Source: Octopus bimaculoides
Lineage: Eukaryota
Direction of reading: 5' to 3'
DNA length: 64,000 nucleotides
NCBI RefSeq assembly: GCF_001194135.2
Contig: NC_068986.1
Span: 3,538,505 to 3,602,504, forward strand
A program made the position numbers and the translations under genes. The notes below the pieces were generated by a model. It searched no databases. It saw only the letters and a list, made by a program, of their open reading frames with translations, and was not told where the DNA came from. Shown here one piece after another: positions 26,304 to 40,300 of the stretch; positions within the stretch are counted from its first letter, which is position 1, and each line of letters starts with the position of its first letter.

Positions 26304-26585
26304 TTTAAATGTTCTTTGTGCACAAAAGTATGTATGTCTCATGCTGGTATGAGATCATGTCAGTATGCTTATGTGGATAAGGCATACATTGATTATTGGA
26401 ATCTCATTCTGGATGACCGGTTTCAATGCCAATTCTGTCAAAACAAAAACAGCAGGTCACATAGAAGATTGAAGTGACACTTGAACATTCATAATAGATG
26501 AGCACAAAAAGGAATCAATGCTGCAGTGTATGTAATCAGCTCTTCAAACACCTTTCAAGGCTCAAAAGCCATGCAAGATCTCAAG
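26304..26585 (+). pseudogene. Degenerate triple C2H2 zinc-finger relic
   Basis: FKCSLCTKVCMSHAGMRSC; FQCQFC...RLK*HLNIH; CSVCNQLFKHLSRLKSHARS (frameshifted). Confidence 0.65.
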
Positions 26586-26656
26586 CTAGGAAAGAACAAT
26601 TATAAGTACAAGAAGTCAAGCGCTGCATGGAGCAGATAGCCACTGTGTGTGTATGG

Positions 26657-26709
<53 letters not shown>

Positions 26710-28459
26710 AAGAGCACAGAAGTGTTTAAATCTCTTTTTCTTATTTTTTACTTGTTTCAGTCGTCACACTGCAGTATGCTGGAGTTCTGCCCTGAAGAAT
26801 TTTAGTTGAATGAATTGGCCCCAGTACTTTTTTTTTTTTTAAGTCTGATATTTATTCTGTTGGTCTCTCTTGCTGAACAACTAATTATGGGGATGTAAAC
26901 AAACCAATACCAGTTGTCAAGTGGTGGTGGGACAAAAGCAGACAAAGACACACACACAGGCTTTTCTTAGTTTCCCTCTACCAAATTCACTCACAACGCT
27001 TTGGTTGACCCGAGGCTATAGAAGACACTTGCCCAAGGTGCCATGCAATAGGACTGAACCCAGAACCATGTGGTTGGGAAGCAATCTTATTACCATGCCT
27101 GCACCTGAATGTTGACATCTCACAGATTCATTTGAGTGAAATGTTAAGATGTTAACATTCTTCCATGACTTTGTGACCAAACACTTTCAAAGACCTGTAG
27201 AATAAAAAAAAAAAAATCTCTTGCATGAAAAACAGATAAAAGTTGGCAACAGGAAGAGCATTTGGTTGTAAAATCTTACCCCAAACATGTCACTTTCCAT
27301 CCCATGCTGGTAAGGAGAAAAAGCATATTGAACAAAGGAATAAACAAACCAACTTCGAGAGCAGTCAATTAATGCAGGTCAATTTTCTCACAGAACAACA
27401 TAATGCCATCTTCGGTAAAGAATGAACCGAAAAACTCACAAATATTTCCATTATTTAGTTACCACATATTTAAAGGTGCAAAAAAAAAGAAGACATTTCA
27501 ATGAACAACAATAATAAAATCAACATATTTATTAACTATTATTCTCAGAAAAGTCTTTAATTGGTCAACTGCTCTTGTTACAAGGTTCATATAAACTTTC
27601 GAAAGAGACCAGAGAGTGTGGGAGGGGAAAAAAAAACTTATCTGATGTGAGGGAATTCACTTCTGCTGTCGTATTCTTCTGAATGTCAACATTTGTGTCA
27701 AACCAGCAACCTCCTAACTCTATTGATATATTTTTATTTTTTAAATTTTTTTGTTATTCCAGCCATATCCATATTGGTGAGTGTAATGTTTTTATTATTT
27801 ATTTATTTGTAAAACAAAGTTAACATAAAAATTTCATGCCAACATATTTCCAATTTTAGGACTCTTAGAGGTTATGAAATAATTTACAGAAAAAAAACAA
27901 AGCACAATTTTTTTTGTTTTTGTTTTGTTTTGATACAATACATTACTGTCAATTAATAGGCAACCAAGAGGCACAGTTACTGTAGGGGTTAAAGTACTGG
28001 ACTACTGACTATATAGTCATGAATTCAAACCTTACTACAGTCAATGAGTTACGCCCCAAGGCAAAGCATATGACACTGCTTGCCTCAGACTGCCTGGCTG
28101 ACAACTAGTTCCTCTCCTACTTCACAGTGGAGTGCTTAGTTAAAACAGTTGCTCTAATAGAAAAAAATAATAATAAATAAATAAAAAATCATCTTATTCA
28201 TGCTAGCATGGAAACAATGGCTAGAAAACAATCTAAAAATGATACTATCAACTCACCTGGTCAGAGTTAACAAAGATACCAACACCATCTACAATGTGCA
28301 GTAACGCTTGTACTGCTATAAAACTATGCTTAAAAGTGGTTCTAGTTTACTTAAGAATCACAAATATCTTGCAGCCACATGAGTTAGGGAAGAAAAGGAA
28401 TGTGCAGAACATATACGTTAGTACCTTTGAATCTGTATATAGACATGTATATATATATG

Positions 28460-28527
<68 letters not shown>

Positions 28528-29349
28528 GCAATAGGTGTACCATGAAAAACAGTGTATTTAGATTGGCTAATTATTGCTGTCAATGAAATAGTTAATAAAA
28601 TCATAGATTGCCTGAAAATTCATAATGCTAGAATATAAGAATTTCTGAATAAGATAATGCAACGACACATTATGAGTGTGTGTGCATATGTGTGGTGTGT
28701 ATATGTATTTCATCATCATTTAATGTCCATGTTCCATGCTGGCATGGGTTGGACGGTTTAACAGAATCCGATGAGCACAAGGACTGCATTGTGCTCCAGT
28801 GTCTGCCTTGGCATAGTTTCTATAGTTGGATACCCTTCCTAATGCCAACCACTTTATAGTGTGTACAGAGTGTTTTTTTTTTTTGTTTTTGTGCCTCCAT
28901 AGAGTTTGCAAGACTACGAACCCTGAGAGGGCAACTTTATGCTAACAGATGAGAGGGAAAAGATGAATTAAAGTGTTTGAAAGGGGACCACACACACACA
29001 CACACACACACAGTGAATTTACATTCCCTGTCAATAAACCATCCTCTAGCTCTGCACTTTTGTAGAATAAAAATTTCCTCTTATTTGATAAACAAATAAG
29101 GGTTGCTGACAGGAAGGGCATCCGGCTGTAAAACGATGCCTCAATAATATGCATTCATCTATCCCATGCCAGCATGGAAAAATGGACATTAAATAAGAAT
29201 ATTATGTATATACATATGTACACACGTATATAGTGCAGGAAATATATGAAAGGAAAGGTATCGATCAAGAACTAAATTAAAAAAATACCTGCGCTATATG
29301 TGTGTGTGTGTGTGTGTATCGGTCAAAAACTAAATTTAAAAAATACCTG

Positions 29350-29388
<39 letters not shown>

Positions 29389-30418
29389 ATGTAATAAAGG
29401 CTTGTTTCATGCATAAAAAAATTTTTTTTAACAATTTACTGATAGAGAGGTATGCAAAAGCTTATTTCTTGTCAAGTTATCTTCTAGGGTAATTTATTTG
29501 CCAGTTTCTTAAGGCTGGCAGTCACTAGATTTACTGCAGTTCTGTTTCTACTTCAGATACTTAATCAAAACTTGTGATTTAAAGAAACATATTTAATTCA
29601 TCAACTAACTTCATAAAGAGATTTTTGATTAATGTGCATAGAACCATAGGGTACTTTTATTATTATTATTATTATTATTATTATGTGAAATAAAAAACAA
29701 TACTCTAAATCAATAAATTAATTAGATATTATCACAGATTTATGACAAAAAGAAAATTTCTGTTTCTTATAGTTAGCTAAACGTTAATTAATACTATTAT
29801 TTTGATTATTTTAAACATTGAGACAGTTATACACATTTTCTGGAAAAAGAAAAATAACAGAATAAAAGGATGGATAGAAAGAAACTAAAATGACCAAACT
29901 CCACTTTAACTATATACAAATTTAAATTAAAATAATGTTCTGCCTATACTTCAATTATTATGTGGTTTTATTACAATATTCCAATATTGATAGAAATGTA
30001 GAATAATGTTCCATGCAGATTAGTCCTATTTTAATGCTATATTCTTATAAAAGAAAAATTGCTATTTTTTTTTTTGTTTCTTTACTAATTCTTATTTGAT
30101 GTAGAACATGGGGGTGGGTCAGGGGAAAGAAAACAGAAAAACGAATCTTTCCAGCATTTATTAATCATTTAAAATTAAAAAAAAATTCTATGAAGTGTAT
30201 GTACATAAATAAATTAAATTTAATAAATTAAAACAAGACAGGGGGAGTATTGTTAAAAGAATTATAGAAATATGTGTTGTGTAGATCATTTTTTTTTTCC
30301 AAGCTGTTTGTTGAAGAGAGGAGTGACTGATAGGTGGGCGAAAACCTAACTTCATGGTATGAAGTAATTGTCAGCAAGAAAGCCAATCATTCACACAAAA
30401 AAAAAAAAAAAAAAAAAA

Positions 30419-30910
30419 NNNNNNNNNNNNNNNNNNNNNNNNNNNNNNNNNNNNNNNNNNNNNNNNNNNNNNNNNNNNNNNNNNNNNNNNNNNNNNNNNN
30501 NNNNNNNNNNNNNNNNNNNNNNNNNNNNNNNNNNNNNNNNNNNNNNNNNNNNNNNNNNNNNNNNNNNNNNNNNNNNNNNNNNNNNNNNNNNNNNNNNNNN
30601 NNNNNNNNNNNNNNNNNNNNNNNNNNNNNNNNNNNNNNNNNNNNNNNNNNNNNNNNNNNNNNNNNNNNNNNNNNNNNNNNNNNNNNNNNNNNNNNNNNNN
30701 NNNNNNNNNNNNNNNNNNNNNNNNNNNNNNNNNNNNNNNNNNNNNNNNNNNNNNNNNNNNNNNNNNNNNNNNNNNNNNNNNNNNNNNNNNNNNNNNNNNN
30801 NNNNNNNNNNNNNNNNNNNNNNNNNNNNNNNNNNNNNNNNNNNNNNNNNNNNNNNNNNNNNNNNNNNNNNNNNNNNNNNNNNNNNNNNNNNNNNNNNNNN
30901 NNNNNNNNNN
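30419..30910. other. Assembly gap (N run); smaller gaps at 16603-16612, 32951-32960 and 41979-42026
   Basis: Read directly. Confidence 1.
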
Positions 30911-31979
30911 NATTTATAATAGTAGTAGTAATAGTAGTAGTAGAAGTAGTACTCATTGTAGTAGTAATAATAATTTTGATTGAAAAATTTTAAATTGATT
31001 CATAAACATAAATATTAGGAAACAATGACAATTTATTTTGGAAAAGAAAATATAATTTAGTCTACATTAAGACTTCCAACAAAACGTGATAATAGTAAAC
31101 AATCAAATGTTATAGAAATCACTTGAAGAGCTGTAAAACATGGACTTGAGGACTTTCACCTAAATGAAATGAGATTAACAGTATAGAAGAGAATATAAAT
31201 TTGGCATTCTTTAATCTTATTTAAACACTACCCCACCAAAAAAAAAGAAGAAAAAGGGAGAAAGATATATATATATATATATATAGTTGAAGTAAAAGTA
31301 AATAATTTCCATTTTTACCTTTTGGTTTAATTTATACAATTTCAAGAACATTAAAAGATTAACAAAAAAAAAAGTGAAAAGAAAAAAAAATAAAGATGGA
31401 ATATGTAATCTATTATGTCCTGATTCTTAAATCATCTTTGGTTATTGATAGAAATGAAATAAGGGAGCAACTGAAATAAATAGAGGGAGAGAGGAGAGAG
31501 AGAAAAAGAGAAAGCAGGAGAGAGAGAGAGAGAGAGAAAGAGGGAGCCCAGCCCAATGCTGGACATGCCTTACTTGCTTGTCTTCTCTGATGAAATAGTC
31601 TTAGCTTAATACTAAACAATCAAAGTACATTTCCCAGAGCCATGAGCAGACTTCATAAAGAGCATATTCAGAAATACAGCCTTCCTTCATTTACAGTGGA
31701 CATTAGTTGCAAAAAGTGATTTTATGTCAAAACAGATTTGACATGAGTGTTTGTTTGTTTTTTTTTTGAAATTTCTTTTAGGTTTGTTTTTGTTTATTTT
31801 TTTTATTTATATTTTTTTTTTTAAATAATAGCGTATGTCTATACATAATTAATGTGGGATGTTTGTTGCCAGAGGTTCCAGTTTTGTACAACATTAACAA
31901 AAGTTATATAACTATCCTTCACACTGGCCAGATTAAAAAAAGTTAGTGGGTTAGGCCAAATAGGCACACTGCAGGGGTT

Positions 31980-32092
31980 TCAGCCTCCATACAAATTGTT
32001 TAGATGATTACATGAAGGAACTTCCATATTCATAGCTTTCTTATATAATTTTGAATCACCATAATTCTTTGCTCGCCAAATCAAAGTTTCTT
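31980..32092 (-). CDS. DNAJB12: DNAJB12/14-like last coding exon: (K)ETLIWRAKNYGDSKLYKKAMNMEVPSCNHLNNLYGG*
   Basis: CTCCTTTTTGCAG|AA; TGA stop at 31982-31980. Matches the RARYFGD...MGTPSC C-terminus. Confidence 0.95.
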
Positions 32093-32280
32093 CTGCAAAA
32101 AGGAGAAAAAAATAAGAAAAATGTAAGAGGTTTTTTAAAAGGATTGAAGAACTAAACAAAAAAAATTACATTGTAAAATCTACTGAAAGAATTTACAATA
32201 GTTATAATCAATTCATATGATGACATGTTTAAAAATGAAATAAAGTAAAAAAAATTCTTTTAATTAAAGCCTATAAAAAA

Positions 32281-32580
32281 AGACATTCGAGTGAGATTGT
32301 TGCCAGTGCCGCTGGACTGGCTTCTGTGCAGATGGCACGTAAAATACACCATTTTGAGCATGACCATTGCCAGTACCACCTGACTGGCCTTTGTGCTGGT
32401 GGCACGTAAATGCACCCACTACACTCTTGGAGTGGTTGGCGTTAGGAAGGGTATCCAGCTGTAGAAACTCTGCCAAATCAGATTGGAGCCTGGTGTAGCC
32501 ATCTGGTTTCACCAGTCATCAGTCAAATCGTCCAACCCATGCTAGCATGGAAAGCGGACGTTAAACGATGATGATGATGA
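32281..32580 (+). mobile_element. RTE-type 3' UTR/tail copy (young)
   Basis: Same repeat units and tail as 1670-2012, ending (GAT)n. Other tail copies near 10860, 28712, 29100, 37370, 41843, 48440, 51925, 52283, 56070, 57260, 63935. Confidence 0.88.
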
Positions 32581-33245
32581 AATCAGAATGAATTCTGATA
32601 TATACTAGGATCTTCATGACCAAATAAAATTCTAGTGAAAGGTTTTATACAACGATAATTTACAACTAATGATGATAAGGTATGGCTGTGTGGTTAACAC
32701 ATTCACTTTGCAACCACATGGTTTTGAATTCAGTCCCACCGAACAGAACCTTGGGCAAGTGTCTTCAATGATATAGCTTTGGGATGACCAATGCCTTGTG
32801 AGTGAATTTGGTAGATGGAAACCATGAGTGTTTGAGTATATGTTTGTTCCTCCTCCACTACTTGACAACTGGTGTTAGTTTGTTTACATCCCATAACTTA
32901 GCAATTTAGTGCAAGAATAACTGTCAAACTTTAGAAAAATAAGTACTGGGNNNNNNNNNNGGGGGGGGGGGGATCGATCTGTTCAACTCAAACCTTTCGA
33001 AACAGTACCCCAGCATGCCTACAGTCTTATGACTGAAACAAGTAAAAGATAGATGATACAGGAGGGTTTGGATTTTGTCCACTCATGGTAACCTTAGAAG
33101 AAATAATTATTTAGATGTGTAAAAATAAAATATGAACTTTAACCACCACCACCACCAAAAAATCCATTAAACCCCCCCCCCCCAAAAAAAAAACTAGCAA
33201 ACAAACAAAATGTTCTCTGTCTAATGAAAATGTCAAAAAACTTAC

Positions 33246-33409
33246 TGTAACTTCTTTCTTTGAAACAACTGGTACGTAGATTTGAAACATATTCATCCTC
33301 TACTTGTCTCTCTATTCTCCGTAAATCATAATTGGAATCGATATGGAAATCGTCTTTCACAAAATATTGTACTTTAAGTTGATTTGTTTTCTTTTCATTT
33401 GAATATTTC
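33246..33409 (-). CDS. DNAJB12: DNAJB12/14-like luminal DUF1977 exon: KYSNEKKTNQLKVQYFVKDDF...IERQVEDEYVSNLRTSCFKERSY
   Basis: CTATTCTCAG|G...TTACA|GTAAG. 164 nt, phase 2 to 1. The VEDEY-NLR-C motif is typical of DUF1977. Confidence 0.95.
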
Positions 33410-34454
33410 CTGAGAATAGAAAATACAACCAAGATAGCAATTATAGTTTACCACGAGATGTAACGCATATAAATCAATTTTTATTAAGTATATAATGTTT
33501 GTTCAAAGCCCAATATATCAGTTACAAATAGCAGATATGCTCTTTAACCAGCCCAAATTTACAGTCAATTTATATGATGAAATGCAGCATATGCACAAAG
33601 TCAGGTAATTAAGTAATACATTGCAAAAAAGAAATAAGTTGAAGGATAGTTTACAGTTGAGATTCAAAACTGATTTTATAAAACATTCTCATTTAACATT
33701 CTGGGTCATCAAAAACTAAGCCACTTCCCTTATTCAGGGTTACTGCCCTCCAAAACATAGACCAGATCTTACTCATATGTTTCATTTTTAGCACATTGTT
33801 CTACAGCTGGATATCCTTCCTATCACTAACTGCTTTACAGGGTGTACTGAGTGCACTGTATCATGACACTAGGTCCAAGGTTTGCTTGTCCCTGGTTTTA
33901 AAGAATCAATCCTCTCTACCCTATATTGTCTCTATTCATTTGCCAACTACTTCCTACTTCTGATATGGTAGGAAGGAGGAAAGAAGTTATTCTAAAACTT
34001 GAGACCTTAGTCTAAATTCTTGCAACAGAGAGGACTCAGCTAAAGTATTCACGGACTAGTTTGTGGTATTAAACTGGGAAGGTCATTAACACTACACATC
34101 TAGAATAATCTACTCAATTCTTTTCCCAACCTTTGCAAATCCTCTGCATTCAAGGCCCATGTCCAGTCCAGCTATTACGCAGCATCATACTCTGCACAGA
34201 AGTATCATACAATCTGCTCTTCATGATAAGAGAGAAACATTTTGTTACCAGCAGAGGTAGTAATTGTTCCCTGAGCTTAGTTTACCTTTTCATATAGTTC
34301 TTATGAAAAATATTTTAGAATATTAAGTAAGCATTTTAAATATTAATGTCAGCCCTTCAGTAAATAGATCTCAAGTAAAATGTAGATAGAAGCATCCACA
34401 TTAATACAATAATATAATTAGAAGTTTGTAGTTTAGTTGTAGATTAACACTCAC

Positions 34455-34564
34455 TGTGATCGATGTAAACTGAAAGGTGCATCTGGTACAAGGAAACTTC
34501 CCATTAAGGATAAGAATATTAATATCAACACAGGAGCCAATTGTACAAGAAGATTGTAGCCACT
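34455..34564 (-). CDS. DNAJB12: DNAJB12/14-like transmembrane exon: SGYNLLVQLAPVLILIFLSLMGSFLVPDAPFSLHRS(Q)
   Basis: TTTCTTTTACAG|AGT...TCACA|GTGAGT. 110 nt, phase 0 to 2. Hydrophobic segment like VQLMPILILILVSALSQL...PPYSL. Confidence 0.95.
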
Positions 34565-35699
34565 CTGTAAAAGAAAAAAAAGGAAATTTTGTAAATATTT
34601 CTTCTGATACATTACAGCAAATATCATAGCAAAATAAATCAGATTTTATGAAACATTTTTTCCATTAACATTTTTAATTCTTCCTACAAATCCATTTTAC
34701 AAAATTAGTCTCAAAATAAATGTTTAACAATCAACAGTAGAGAGTAGAAGCTAACGCAAACTGCAAACTAGATAGAACTCAAATCAACAAAATATTTTCC
34801 TTTTTAAATCTGTTCTTCATTTACAAGTAGTGCAAATGGAAAGAGGAAAATGTTTGATATCAAGTAAGTTCAGATCAAAAGGGCTGTATAATAATCCTTT
34901 CGTATTTTGGCACAAGTCTCTTTTAATCCTTATTGCAGGCTGCTATGATAATAATGATGTTATTATGTAATCATAGCTCCTAACCACAATATACATGTGC
35001 AACTTATTATGTAAAGTCCTATGCTAAAGCACAACTGATAACAGTAAATTAAAACACTACCTAAATGGGAGAAATTAATTCATTGCTAATACATTAACAC
35101 AACTGAAAATTCAAAACTTCAGTATACCAAAGAGTGTGTTGCTAGCAGATCAAATCTGGAGGAATATCCAGAATTACTGAAATCATTACAGTTTCAAACC
35201 TTTAAATTTTCCTCAAAATTTATTTAATTCTGTTTACTGAGAAGAACTAATTTATAGCCACAAAGAAATAACTTGGCTCACAGAAGACATCACAGGAACC
35301 AGAGAATGTTCAATACACCACACAGTGCTGCCAATAACTTGGGGTTTATCAAAGAGTTTCATTCTACAACAATACTATAATATGGTGTGTTTTAAGCATA
35401 TATATGTAATTTATAACTGATCTTTACCATCAATTTATGGTTCCTACACAATCAGATTTCTTAAATGTTGAAAGTAAAGAAAACAGTGAGAGTAATTTTT
35501 CTCATTAGTTAAATTTTGGAATCAAAACATGCATACTAGAAATATGACAAACAATATAGAGAAAGAATTGGTTAAAGCAAACAGATTAGTAAATTTGGTG
35601 TATATATAAAATGTTGCATGTTGATGACTGTAAGTAATTTAAGATCAATTTATTAGTCTAATTTTAGAAGCTAGATAGTTAATTCATGTTATTTTTTTA

Positions 35700-35830
35700 T
35701 TTATTTATGCGTCCTTTTAAGGCCTAGCCAGGCTGTGTTCCCCCCACCTGGACGGGACGCCAGTCCATCGCAGCATTACTCAAGAAACAGGAAGAGTGAG
35801 AGAAAGTTGGGGCAAAAGAGTACAACAGGG
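35700..35830 (-). mobile_element. SINE fragment with a V-/Meta-type central motif
   Basis: Reverse complement contains gcgatggactggcgtcccgtccagg. Confidence 0.5.
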
Positions 35831-36439
35831 GTTGTACTCTTTTGCCAGGTCTCTGAAGAAGTTACTAGCCATAGACTGGCACCTAATCCAAGGTTCTTTA
35901 ACACTATAGAAAACAGAAGTACAAGTCAAGTTGATCCTATGAGGTTCATGAAACAACTTTTGAACTTTACATATGTCAACTGAAAATCACCAGTACAAAC
36001 TAATTATTTATTGTTTGCCCAGTCTCTATGTTTCTCCAATGAATAGTGATAGAGTGATTTAAAAAAACGTTAGGATGCATCAAAAAAAAATGTTCTGCCT
36101 CAACGCAGGTTAATGCATCAGACAAAATGATTTGGGAGTTTTGTTCTGAATTTCTAAGTTCAAATTCTACCGAGTTCAACTTTGCCTCTTGTTTCTTTAG
36201 GATCAATAAAAAAAAAAGTCACAACCCAGAGTAGGGGATTGATAGAATGGCCCTGCCCCGAGGAAACCTGACAATAATCAAAGCAAAAATACAATAAATA
36301 TCTCACAAGAACCCATGAACAAAAACTGGTTAAAATAAGAAAATATGGCAGCGATTTTATATGGTATAGAAAAACTTCTGAATTGATTGAAACCACTCAT
36401 GCCAGTACTTCCAACATCTATATTTCAAATCAGTGAGGG

Positions 36440-36790
36440 AAACTACATATTCATTTAACCTGTAAGAAATAACAGCCAAAACTTGTCAAATGACACCTTA
36501 CTGTATTGAAAAAAAGGAAAGATTGCATTAGATAATGTCCTAGATACTCCTAAAATGACAAGATAGTCACAGTTTCAATATCTTTGATTATAGATTAGCC
36601 TCATTAGGGCTCACATAACCACCACTAAAATGAATCAAAGACAGGGCATCTACAAGGTTATGCAACCTGCTAGAAATAGCAGCCAAATCTTCCTCTGTTT
36701 TAAAAGGAAGAAAGACATAAAATAATGTAGTCTTAGTTACAGTAAAGCTTAAAAAAATGGAACGACCATGACTTCAACACTTTTGATAAT
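36440..36790 (+). repeat. Dispersed repeat family E, two tandem copies
   Basis: gaaatagcagccaaa...gataatgtagtc...ggtcatgg(c/t)tggaat motifs; also near 11560, 12430(-), 14500, 49380, 59690. Confidence 0.6.
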
Positions 36791-37049
36791 AGATTTGTAC
36801 TCAAATAGGGCTAAATGAAATGGCGGCATACATATCTAATAAAAGAGAGAAAATAATAGCAACATTAAAATATACAGCACAAGCACAGCAGTAAGTGAGG
36901 AAGTTCACTTTGTAACCACATGATTCAGGTTTGGGTTTACTGCATGGTACCTTGAGCAAGTGTCTTCTACTATAGCTTTGGGGTGGCCAATGCTTTGTGA
37001 GTAAAATTGGTATATGGAAACTGAGTGGAAACCCATCAGATATGCATGT

Positions 37050-37365
37050 GTGTGTGCTCAATGGATAGAGCATCAGGCTCACAATCATGAGGTAGTGAGT
37101 TCAATTGCTGGACCAGGCTGTGTGTTGTGTTCTTGAGCAAGACACTTTATTTCATGTTGCTCCAGTTCACTCAGCTGTAGAAATGAGTTGTGACGTCACT
37201 GGTGCCAAGCTGTATCGGCCCCTTTGCCTTTTCCTTGGATAACATTGGTGGCATGGAGAGGGGAGGCTGGTATGCATGGGTAACTTCTGGTCTTCTATAA
37301 ACAACCTTGCCCAGACTTGTGCCTCGGAAGGTAACTTTCTAAGTGCAATCCATGATCATTCATCT
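37050..37365 (+). mobile_element. CORE-like tRNA-derived SINE family C
   Basis: tRNA-like head, then cttgagcaagacactttatttcatgttgctccagttcactcagctgtagaaatg (CORE-domain-like). Related copies at about 49824-50166 (+), 9462-9670 (+) and 8130-8305 (-). Confidence 0.75.
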
Positions 37366-40300
37366 AAAGTGTTTGGCATTTGGAAGGGCATCCAGCTGTA
37401 AAAACCATGTCAAAACTAACCTCACCTGTGCTAACACCACGTAAAAAGCACTGAGTCCACTCTGCAGAGTGGTTGGTGTTGGGAAGGGCATTCAGCCGTA
37501 AAAACCCTACCAAAACAGACGCAATAGCATAGGGTAGTTTTTCTATCTGGCCATCTCCTGTGAACCATCCTACCCATGCATGGAAGATGGATGTTAAACA
37601 ATGATGATGATATGTCACTGTCAATATTATTCTTGTTAAAGAATAATACATTTGTACTCTATCAAATGTATTGAGCAGCCTTTCAGCTTAAAGTAAAATT
37701 ATTTTTATAACATAAAAACAAACATTAATGTGTGTGTGTGTGTGTGTGTGTGTTTATGTGATCTGTCTCCCTTGATAGAGGGATAGAGAAAGCGAAGTAA
37801 AATACTATCCATTATCATCATCATCAGCAGCAGCATCAACAGAGATTTCACTGATAATGAAACTAAATATTAACCAATAAACTGGCCAATAAATTAGCTG
37901 AGTCAGTAATAAATGTCAAGAAAGTTAACGAGCTCCATCGAAATGTTATGTTGTTCACAGTGATAATCCAATTCATAACATTGCTCTACTAACCTGGTTT
38001 ATATTAACTATTATTACAGATTTCACATCAGATTAAGAATCACTACTGCAAATCTCTATTCCCTCTCGCTTCCCCAAACTGTTATCAACAAATGTTTTTC
38101 AGTAATTACTAATGAATACTTGATAACAAACTGAATGGAACTTGATGGATTTATGTCATTGACTGATGATGTAAAATTTATGAATAAAGCCCAGTAAATT
38201 CACACTGTGAACGTGTGCACAGCATAGTAGATTGGCAGTTTGGCTTGTTAACCCCCCCCCCCACCACCACCACTAAAAATACATCATAACTATATATAAA
38301 AAAAAGACAGAGAAAACATCCTCTGAAGTACCAATCACACAAATGTATCTAGTACATGTACTAAATTGATTCGTGATAGATATACCCAGCTATAAAAAAC
38401 CATGCCAAAGAAAGACATATTCTTTGTTGTGAATAAATGACGATGGACAATGACAAGTAGCAAGATAGTGTAGTGGACACAGACCCATCCAACCCATTCT
38501 AATAATGGGCTTTATTAACAATGTTGTTTCACTTAATTTTCAAAATAAAAGCTTGGGAGAAGAGTAGAAAAATAACTGTCCATTTTGTAATTTTTCATTC
38601 CTTAATATATTAATTTGGATTTGGAATAGAATTTAACAAAAAAGATCTCACATAAAAACCATCATGGAAGCTACATTTTGGGTTCTTGTTTGTATATTTA
38701 AATTTTGAGATTAAATTTAAATATAAATACTTTGATAATGGTGGCTTTAAGCAGGTCGATATAGGATCCCGGGTAGTTGTAAATAGGTATTTAAAGGGTT
38801 AAACATGACAGAGTTAAAAAAGGGGGGGGGGCTAAGAAAGTATTTATTGGGAATATAACATTTTCAAGTATAGTTAGAAAACAGTGCAAAAACAATAGTA
38901 AACAAAGCAATTTAATTATTCCACTATTTTAAAATAAGTCAAAACTAAACAGTTATTAGTTGATTAGCAAAACAGAACAATATCTCAATAATTAGAATAG
39001 AGAATACCAGCTAGGCAGAGAAAAATCTGCTGAAACCAAATGGTACATGCAACCACTCTTAATACAAACAGAATATTTTAAATGTCCAAAGAATAAAGAG
39101 GACTGCAGTCAATTCTTGCTGTTTAGGAAACGGACAATAAACTACTCTGCATAATGCATTCTTTTATTGATTTTGATGAACAAATGTTCTAGTTTGATCA
39201 AAAGCATTTTGATGAATCAAACAGATGCTGATCAACATTCATCAAATAGATACTGATCAACAGCGTCTATTTGATGAATTTGAACCAACAACAGAATTGG
39301 TATGATACTGTGTGACATGACTAGGTCATTGAATTATACTCTATTCAAGAAGCTTCCATACAGTTATCTAACCAATTAATTCTCAAAGCATGGGATGACC
39401 TGAGGCTATGATGGAAACTTTTTGCCTACAGTGCTGCACTATGGGATGACACCCAGAACTATGAAATACAGAATGACTATCTTAAGCAAAGGATGTGCAC
39501 CCATGTGTGTGTGTAAATGTCTTGTCCTGTCCTCTCAACTTCTGATGGAGTCACAGAAGCACCACCATAACATACGTCTTGGGCATCTTCAAACCTGGTG
39601 GAGTCCATCCCTCTCTCAGTCTGAACACAGCTAATTTCTATCAGAATGCAACACAGAAAGAAAAAGAACTGACCCAGTACAGTTCAGGTGCTTTATTTAA
39701 TGACTCCAAAAGAATGGAAAGCAAAGTCAACCTCAGTAGTATCTAACCTTGGAACATGGAGAGCCAGAACAATTACTGCAAAGAAATCTACTGGATGCTT
39801 CAAAAACTTAACCAATTTGCCTCATAAACAATGAAAAGCCAATCAACAGAATTGTAGGGAGAAAAAAAAACATATTTCGTTATATATATGTAAAATAAGT
39901 CAATAAAATTATGGTAATGAACCTTCACAATGACAGCCAGCAACAGTCTCAAATATTACAATATTTTACAAAAAATTGTATTGGTCTGGTAGTGATCAAT
40001 TCTCTGCACTAGAGATTTTCTTTCAATATCCAAACTACAAGAGTTCTTAGAAGCATCTCATGAAGGATGCCATGCCAATCACTATTCACAACTCTTTTGT
40101 AGTTTGCTAGTTCACAGTTGACGAAAGATATTTATAAATGTTCTTTTATACCTACTTTTCTATGTCAATGAGAAAGCTTTATAGATTCACCATCACAAGG
40201 TCCACTCCTTGCTGAAGTGTGGTGGCTTGTGTGCCTCAATGACATTGAAAGCTGTGCTAGTGGAGTGCAAGCGCCTCACAAGGTGTTCCATAATGGACAG

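Noticed and set aside
30334-30993. Long ORFs of 183-219 aa in the track
   Set aside because: They run through the N gap.
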